Below the pieces are notes generated by a model. That model was given only the letters and a program-made list of their open reading frames with translations, made no database searches and was not told the origin of the DNA. Both the position numbers and the translations under genes were made by a program. Shown piece after piece: positions 49,732-57,567 of a stretch of DNA of 64,000 nt. This DNA is from Macrostomum lignano (Eukaryota): assembly GCA_002269645.1 (NCBI GenBank), contig NIVC01003729.1, positions 1 through 64,000 on the forward strand, read 5' to 3'. The stretch's first letter is position 1; the number at the start of each line of letters is the position of its first letter.

Positions 49732-50647
49732 TACATGCCTAACGATTAATAAAGTTAGGGCAGCTGTACACTCCTCTGCGTATGACTGCGTACGTATCCA
49801 CGTGCGTGTGTGCCTGCTCAGGGGAGTCGGCGGAATGAGCAGCAATAACTAGATATATTGTTGTTCTTCTATCTATCGTAGTTTCATGTAAAAAGTAAAA
49901 ACAACGCAAAACACTCTACTCAAAGAAAGTAGGATAAGCAGGATTTCATTGGTGCAGGAATAAAATTCAATAATAGCTATAGTTTAGTAGCAATTTTTTG
50001 TATTTTAATATTGTATACACTGTAGGTTTTACATTATCAACTACATAAAAATTGTAAATTTTTTGCTTTTGTAAAGGCGGCATGCAAATTGTAGAATAAA
50101 TTAATAATTAGCATTAATAATTAAAGCACGTGATTCTCCTAAACGATTCAAATATCTACAGTAATAAAATTAACAGCCAAACAGGGGTCTTTGACGGCAA
50201 ATAAAAAGACAGTAAAAATGAGTTTTCGGACGGTTTAGCAGAAATATTAAGCAGTTTTGTTATGACGCCAAGGCGAATGAAATTTCAGGACGGGAAAACG
50301 AAGATCAGCAGCGAAGCTGGAATGCACAGTTTTGAAAAAAATTGGACGAATGATGTTTTGTTATAACTTGCTAGCGAGCTAACGTGAATTAGATATTTAA
50401 TGAAAACAGACGTTAAACAAAACAATAAAACTATAATTAACTAGTCATAAAAGTGTAGAAAATACAAGTCAGAGAGTTATAAAAGATGCAATTTGTATAA
50501 TTAAACGAGTGTGATCGGTAAAATTGAAAATTGCCAAGGTTAATAAAAATTTGCAGCTAATTAATTACGAGTATTTCGGTAAGCAAAGTACATCAACGTC
50601 TGTGGAATGAATTGCGTAAATAAATTATTAGTTCAAAACACACCATC

Positions 50648-51663
50648 CAGCTGAGTCATTAAGCCCTACTCAACCAAAAACAACCAAAACTACTACTCAC
50701 TCAGCTGAGCCACTCAATCCTACTCAACCGAAATACCCAGTCAGCTCAAAAGCTACTCACTCAGCTGAGTCACTCAATCCTACTCAACCGAAATACCCAG
50801 TCAGCTCAAAAGCTACTCACTCAGCTGAGTCACTCAATCCTACTCAACCAAAACACCCCAGTCAGCTCAAAAGCTACTCACTCAGCTGAGTCACTCAATC
50901 CTACTCAACCGAAACACCCCAGTCAGCTCAAAAGCTACTCAATCAGCTGAGTCACTCAATCCTACTCAACCAAAACACCCCAGTCAGCTCAAAAGCTACT
51001 CAATCAGCTGAGTCACTCAATCCTACTCAACCGAAATACCCAGTCAGCTCAAAAGCTACTCACTCAGCTGAGTCACTCAGTTCTACTCAACCGAAACACC
51101 CCAGTCAGCTCAAAAGCTACTCACTCAGCTGAGTCACTCAATCCTACTCAACCGAAACACCCCAGTCAGCTCAAAAGCTACTCACTCAGCTGAGTCACTC
51201 AATCCTACTCAACCGAAACACCCCAGTCAGCTCAAAAGCTACTCACTCAGCTGAGTCACTCAATCCTACTCAACCGAAACACCCCAGTCAGCTCAAAAGC
51301 TACTCACTCAGCTGAGTCACTCAATCCTACTCAACCGAAACACCCCAGTCAGCTCAAAAGCTACTCACTCAGCTGAGTCACTCAATCCTACTCAACCAAA
51401 ACACCCCAGTCAGCTCAAAAGCTACTCACTCAGCTGAGTCACTCAATCCTACTCAACCAAAACACCCCAGTCAGCTCAAAAGCTACTCACTCAGCTGAGT
51501 CACTCAACCAAAACACTCTAGTCAGCTCAAAAGCTACTCACTCAGCTGAGTCACTCAATCCTACTCAACCAAAACACCCCAGTCTACTCAAAAGCTACTC
51601 ACTCAGCTGAGTCACTCCATCCTACTCAACCAAAACACCCCAGTCAGCTCAAAAGCTACTCAA
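50648..51663. repeat. 61-bp minisatellite (CACTCAATCCTACTCAACCGAAACACCCCAGTCAGCTCAAAAGCTACTCACTCAGCTGAGT), about 16 copies
   Basis: Successive 60-nt lines from 51121 shift by one base, which gives a period of 61. The array abuts the trithorax stop codon. Confidence 0.96.
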
Positions 51664-52418
51664 TCAGTTGAGGAACTTCCTGCAGCTCACGGACCCGCAG
51701 TGACAGGCCACCTTGTCCTCCTCCTTATCAAACCGGTAATCGTACGTCAGCTCCTCTCCAGCCGCGATGTCCCGCCCAGCAACTATCAGAATTCGCTGGT
51801 CCATGACTCGAGTCACGCAGTTTGGTGAGCAGCTGTGGTTGATGAAGCGCGCTGGGCCACCCTTCATGCTGGCGTCAATCACCCACTGCCAGTTCACCTT
51901 GAACAGGTAGCAGTCAATGTTGCGGCTCTGGTAGAATTTCTCCTTGGCCTCAGACAGGCTGGCTCTGATGAGCTCTCCAGTGTACTCAACTATGAACTCG
52001 GCCTTCGCAAACGGCCGCACAGCGAACAGGCCCAGGCCATGGATACTGGATGGTAGCACCTGGACTCTGCACTGCCAATGCTCACTGCGGGCCACACGAA
52101 TCTGGTTGCGAACTGTGGCCACCGCAGCCTCCTCGCTGCACTGCTGCTCAACTGTCGTCACGGGCCTGCGGGCTGAGCTCAGCAGGAAGCTGAAGGTGCG
52201 CTTCAACTGCGAGTTGCCCGCTGAGGCCTCCGGCCTACTGGCTGCCTTGAACGGCTCTGAGCGGGCGCAGCCGCTGGCGTTTGGCGAAGACTCCTGCTTG
52301 CGCAGCTGCGCCCAGCGGTGGATCAGGTAGATGGGGGAGTAGCCGCTGCAGAATCCCAGCTGTTCCAGGCACCACACAACTCTGGGATGGACAATTCCTA
52401 CTGAACTCCAGCCGTTGC
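51664..52418 (-). CDS. trx: Trithorax/KMT2A-B-like methyltransferase, last exon (end of FYRC, WIN motif, SET, post-SET)
   Basis: Acceptor ctaactcccgcag| precedes 52418, and the phase-1 join reads GNGWSSVGIVHPRVVWCLEQL (FYRC-like). WIN-like GCARSEPF; SET motifs SSIHGLGLF, EYTGELIR, ARFINHSCSPNC, GEELTYDYRF; post-SET CHCGSVSCRKFLN-stop. The TFSFLLSSARR segment and the CRKFLN terminus resemble KMT2A/Trx rather than SET1 or Trr. Confidence 0.93.
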
Positions 52419-52633
52419 CTGCGGGAGTTAGGAATTAATGGAGGGGTGAGAAATTTACAATTAATTGATTCGTTAAAAGTGCACAGATCATGAACGCATA
52501 AGATCTGTGTGATGTACTCGTAGACTATAAAATAAGGAAATATAAATGTTGTTAAAGTAAATAACCGGCATGCTTCAATTTTGGGGAGTGTGGACTTTTT
52601 TATAAATAGGTGACTTTGGCTTTCAGAGGGGGG

Positions 52634-53192
52634 TGCATGGGATTTGAGATGCATGGGATTTGAGATGCATGGGATTTGAGATGCATGGGATTTAGAATGC
52701 ATGGGATTTGAGATGCATGGGATTTGAGATGCATGGGATTTAGAATGCATGGGATTTGAGATGCATGGGATTTGAGATGCATGGGATTTGAGATGCATGG
52801 GATTTGAGATGCATGGGATTTGAGATGCATGGGATTTGAGATGAATGGGATTTGAGATGCATGGGATTTGAGATGCATGGGATTTGAGATGCATGGGATT
52901 TGAGATGCATGGGATTTGAGATGCATGGGATTTGAGATGCATGGGATTTGAGATGCATGGGATTTGAGATGCATGGGATTTGAGATGAATGGGATTTGAG
53001 ATGCATGGGATTTGAGATGCATGGGATTTGAGATGCATGGGATTTGAGATGAATGGGATTTGGGATGCATGGGATTTGAGATGCATGGGATTTGAGATGA
53101 ATGGGATTTGGGATGCATGGGATTTGGGATGCATGGGATTCGAGATGTTGGGATTTGAGATGAATGGGATTTGGGATGCATGGGATTTGGAA
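52634..53192. repeat. 16-bp minisatellite (GAGATGCATGGGATTT), about 35 copies, in trithorax intron 2
   Basis: atggga recurs at 52861 and 52877. The 16-aa periodic ORF peptides equal three units. Confidence 0.97.
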
Positions 53193-53284
53193 TGTAGATC
53201 TGATTACTAGCGAAAATCTTGGCTATTTTATTGATTTCATACAGTGCAAAAGAGCCTGAATAAATTAACAAAATCAAAACTCAC

Positions 53285-54275
53285 CAACACGCAAAGTCAA
53301 ACACTCAGCGGGAGCCTGCTCACTCCAGCACTCGCCCACCATCTGGCACAGCCGCCTCATCACCATGACTGGATGGGAGGCGCACAGTCGCAAGGACTCT
53401 TCGCGAGACGCCAGCACAAAGCGCACCTTGCCAGACTCAGCCTGCAGTCTCCAGTCGTAGATGCTGATCTTGCCAGCCTCCCGGATGCTCCAGAACTGGC
53501 GCTGGGCCCTAAAGCCCACAGGCAGCAGCACGGTGCCCATGGAGCCGGACTCTGCACGCAGGCAGCCAAGCCGGGTGATCAACAGGCCGCCAATCCTGAC
53601 GGTCACCTCATCAGGCGGCAGGGACACCTCGCAGAGGCTCTGGTCCGCTGCACCCACCACCAGCCGCTGGCACAACAGGCGGCCAAAGTCGCTGGGCGGA
53701 AGGTCGCAGCCTGCAAACTCTGCAATGTCGGCGCAGTCGCTGCAGCGGCACTCGCAGAGGTCGCTGAACTGCCAGCCAGACGTCAGGGCGCAGCCAAGGT
53801 GACAAACCCGAGGACACGACAGGCTCAGACAATCGATGCTCGCTCCCACCTTGCCGCACTCTGAGCACCTGTTGCCCCGAGCTCTGCGCACAGCAGCCCG
53901 AACTCCCTGAATGCAGTCGCTCTCGTCAACTCGAATCTCCGGCGAGAACAGCGCGCAGCCCGCGTGAATCCAGGAGGTCCGCGCGCTTGGCAGCAGCCGC
54001 CCCAGCACCGAGTCCTGCTTCCTCTGACCGCACAGCTCGCATTCGCCAGCTCCATCAACTGCAGTCGCCTCTCTCAGCTTCCTCACTGACAGCTCCCGGC
54101 ACTCCTTCACCATCGAGCAGCTCAACGTGTCAGCGTCAACCGGCTCCGGGCGCTTCGGCGCTGCATCCAGGACCTCCGCGCGGAGATCAGCAAGGCGAAG
54201 CCACGAGAACAGCGCAGCAACTCCTTCTTCCAGGGCCGTTGACAGCAGCGCACAGTCCGGCAACTTCTTCGGAAT
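53285..54275 (-). CDS. trx: Trithorax/KMT2A-B-like, middle exon (extended PHD, FYRN, start of FYRC)
   Basis: Acceptor tccatccacag|ATT (phase 0) and donor GTTG|GTGAGT (phase 1). ePHD: CELCG...GRLL...WIHAGCALFSPEI...RCSECGKVGASIDC...CHLGCA. FYRN: RIGGLLITRLG...LPVGFRAQRQFWS. Length 991 nt is consistent with both phases. Confidence 0.92.
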
Positions 54276-54576
54276 CTGTGGATGGAGAGGTTGCTGGTGT
54301 CTGCTGCGGTCTGCTGCTAGTAGCAGAAAAGGATTGCTTATGTAGTGATCCGCTAGTTGGTGTTAGGCGTCGCACTTAGTCAGTCTGCCGCTGGTCAGCT
54401 TCCCGCTCCCTCTGGTCTGCCTGTTTGCTGTTCCCTTTTTTTCTTTTTTCTGCCTCCCTCTTTCCGTTTTCTGCGCTCTCGTTTGCTCCTGTCCTGTGGT
54501 CGCTGGTGGCCTGTTTCCCTTGTCATCATGCGAGCAGTCACATGACAAGTCTTGCCTCCTCGTAGTCTTCAAAGTG

Positions 54577-54741
54577 CAGTAAACATGTTTACTGTTGGTC
54601 CCTGTTTATGTGAGAGTCACGTGCCTAAGGCTCTTCCCTTCTCTAAGGAAAGGAGTGACTCATGTTTCTAAAAATAGACACTGCGTCACAGTATAGTGCA
54701 CTCTGCCCGGAGACCCCAAGTGACGTCAGTTCTAAAAATAG
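54577..54741. promoter_or_regulatory. Dense cluster of consensus transcription-factor motifs in trithorax intron 1 (candidate enhancer or promoter)
   Basis: 18-bp palindrome CAGTAAACATGTTTACTG (two inverted forkhead cores, 54577-94), CACGTG (54618), TGACTCA (54656), CTAAAAATAG twice (54668, 54732), TGCGTCA (54682) and TGACGTCA (54721). These are motif matches only; function is not shown. Confidence 0.4.
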
Positions 54742-55213
54742 AACAAAGTCACGAGGTCTTGTGCGTTGGGGCAGTGGAGAATCCAGCGCTATGAATATTG
54801 GACCCCCCCTTCACCCTTGTTTCTGTCAGGGATTGATTCATCATTCCAGTTGTTCATCGTTCTCTATGATTCTCTGTTTGAGTGTACGTTCAATTCACTG
54901 CTATTGGTCTGAGACCCATCTGATGCCAACCCCAAAAGCACGATCTACTGACGAGACGCATTGTTCGTAAGCTGCAAATCTGCACATTGTGCTGTGTTCG
55001 CTCGACTTGTTTCTTTCGTCCCGACAGAAGCTCACCTCACCTAAGGCGGAGACGAGACCAGACGGACTGGTGGCAGCACTACCGACGCTACTAAAGAGTT
55101 ACTAAGAAGGCTTCCGCAGGAAGAGGCTCGAGACTTAGAATTGCCACTCGTAAAGCTTCAGTGCCTAAATCGGGAAGCTAAAGCTCTCTACTTCACTTAT
55201 TAATAGGCGGGGG

Positions 55214-55491
55214 TGCTTTTGGGAGTGCAATGGTCTGATGAGGATCTACTGCTAGAAGCAGAAAAGGAGGGCTTCTGGTCACGGTCTGCTTCTAGCAGTA
55301 CTACAGAATGCTTCTGGTAGCCCAGGATTACTCTGAATCTGCCCCTGAACCTGAAGAGCGATTCGCTCAGCTAGGGGAAGAAGACTGCCTTGCTTTTGGA
55401 AGTGCAATGGTTTGCTGAGGATCTACTACTAGGAGCAGAAAAGGAAGGCTTCTGCCTAGGGTCTGCGTCTGGCAGTAACAAAGAATGGTTC
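55214..55491. repeat. Two ungapped 101-bp direct repeats (55214-55314, 55391-55491); copy 1 contains a perfect 16-bp inverted repeat
   Basis: 16 mismatches in 101 bp by manual alignment. Arms are TACTGCTAGAAGCAGA (55247-62) and TCTGCTTCTAGCAGTA (55285-300). Confidence 0.85.
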
Positions 55492-55506
55492 CCCTTCTCA
55501 GCTTAC

Positions 55507-57567
55507 CTTGCAGGCCTCGATGAGCTCAATGATGATGGCTTTGACCAGGTCGTGTCCCGAGCTGAACTCCTGGTACGGAGGCATCCTGCAGAAGATCTTC
55601 TCAGCCGCAGCCTCATGCCTGGCCTCATCAATGTCGTCCAGGACGCCGTCCAGCTGCTGAGGCCGAGACGGCAGTCCGAGGCTCTCGCTCAGGGCGCGGA
55701 TCCTGGCTCGGAGGTCCTTCACGCAGGCGGCCTTCAGAGCGTGGAAGCCCCGAGAGTCGCAGTCCCGACAGAAAAAGTCCAGCTGCTCGTTCACCAGGTA
55801 CACGTGGTACAGCTCGTCATTGATGCCAGCGCAGGTGGCGTGCACCACATTCTTGCAGTCTGGGGTGGAGCACGCCAATGAATTGCCAATCAGAGAGGTG
55901 ACCCGATGGCACTCGTGGCAAGTCACCTCCGTGCTCTCGCAGTGCTGGCACAAGTTGTCCCAGTCTGACCAGTCATCGCTGAATACTTTGCCGCAGTGCT
56001 TACAGGCTGCACAGTCGCAGCACAGCTGCCAGTCCTTCACGCTGTACCCTCGACTCTCTTCAAGACAGTCTGGATGGTAGGCAGCCCCGCACTTGATGCA
56101 GCTGCGACACGCTGTCCCAGACCGCTTGCACACTCGGCACACAAGGCAACGGGCGCATCGCCAAGGTGTCAGGCCGGACCACAGAGGCCGCTCGCATACA
56201 GACAGGCAGTACAGGTGAAACTGCTCAGTACAGCAGCTGCATCTCAGCATCAGATCCTGCTCTGCACCACCGCTACCGCACAATAAGCACTGCGGCTGGC
56301 TTATATCGGGCACAGATCCCTTCCGACCGAATACGGCTACTCCATCACGCCAAGCCTCTTCTCTGTTCGACATCTCCTGCGGCACATCCACTGCCACGGA
56401 TCCCGTGTCTCCAGTCACTGCCTGCACGCACTGCCGCAGTTGGCCCCGACTCACCGAGTCATACAGAGAGCCCATTCGCTGAGCTGCTTCAACTGATGGC
56501 CTCTTTATCTTTACAGCTTTCTTGCCACCTGATTCAGCAGAATCAGCCTGAGGCTTTGGTCGCTCTCCGTAGCGACTCACCCAGCTGGGAAAGCCCTTAG
56601 CAACTGAGTAGACAGACAGATCGATGCCCGATTTGAGCACAGCAACAGCCCTGCACTTGGCACAGCCTCCGCAGTCGCACTCCAAATCGCTCTGCTGACT
56701 GGCTGAGCGAAGACTAGCAGTGAAGGCCGTGTAGCAGGTCTTGCAGATGTCAATCTTGCCCTGCAGCGAGATCAGCAGAGCTGCGCATCCACACACGCTG
56801 CAGTAAATCGATCCGCCCTCTGCCTCCTCAACACTCGAGTCCGCAATCTTCATCTTTGCCTTTCGCTTCGGCTCTGCCACCGCTGCAGTCTCCAGCTTCC
56901 CTGCCGCCTCATCACCCGCCAGCTGCTCTTCCTTCACTGCCGCCGCCTCAGGCAGAGCGTCGCTCTTCCGCTTTCGCCGTCGCTGCTTTTTCTCTGCTGA
57001 TGAGGCGCCGCCACTGCCGGCTGCTCCCTCGCTGGTCGATCGGCGCTTCTGTTTGCCCGCCTTCTTCTTTTGCTGCCGTGACGCCTCCTCCGCCATCACC
57101 GGCTGCTGCTGCTGCTGCGGCTGCTTTCGACGCTCCCCGCCGCTCTCCTCTTCGTCGATGAATCGGCGCGGCTTCTTCGACCTCCGCCTGCCGTCATCAG
57201 CTGGTGCCGTCTCGTCCGCTGCTTCAGAGGCCGCCGCTGCTGGTTCCGCCTTCACAGCCGCTGCCTCATCGCCTGCTGACTCTGCCACCGAATCTTCGGC
57301 TGCTGACTCTGCCGCCTCGGCCTTCTCCGGCTTGACGACCTCCGCGCACTCCTGGCCGCTCCGCTTCGCTGCGCTGTACACAACCACGCCGCACAGGGCT
57401 GCCATGTGCTTCTCTTCCAGGCGCTTCAGTCGCTCCGCCTTTGTGCCTCGCTTGTAAGTCGCATAGCGCTGGCCAGACTTCACCGACTCCTGCAGCACCC
57501 GCAGGCTCATGCTCTGGTGCAGGCGGGCAGTTCTCTTCTCGTTAATCTCCTCTTGTAGCCATGGCAT
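55507..57567 (-). CDS. trx: Trithorax/KMT2A-B-like, first identifiable coding exon (basic region, C4 zinc finger, PHD1-3)
   Basis: 687 codons ending at donor AAG|GTAAGC (phase 0). PHD1 CLLCGSGG...CCTEQFHLYCL...WRCARC, PHD2 CRVC...CIKCGAAYHPDCL, PHD3 CHEC...VHATCAGINDELY...CRDC. An acceptor-like ttacctgcag lies 2 nt before the ATG, so upstream exons may exist. Confidence 0.9.

Noticed and set aside
52235-53277. ORFs up to 299 aa with SNPMHLKSHASQIPCI repeats
   Set aside because: These are read-through of the 16-bp intronic minisatellite, and several frames are open simultaneously.
54577-54594. 18-bp palindrome as a Helitron 3' hairpin
   Set aside because: No CTRR terminus at the expected distance on either strand.
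55235-55337. Possible C/D-box snoRNA (TGATGA ... CTGA) in trx intron 1
   Set aside because: The boxes are on the strand opposite to the host transcript, I see no terminal stem, and the second copy has lost the C box.
53244-57457. Overlapping plus-strand and alternative-frame ORFs across trx (e.g. 53244-53864, 55390-55881, 56166-56600, 57053-57457)
   Set aside because: Shadow ORFs of GC-rich coding exons with no recognisable domains.
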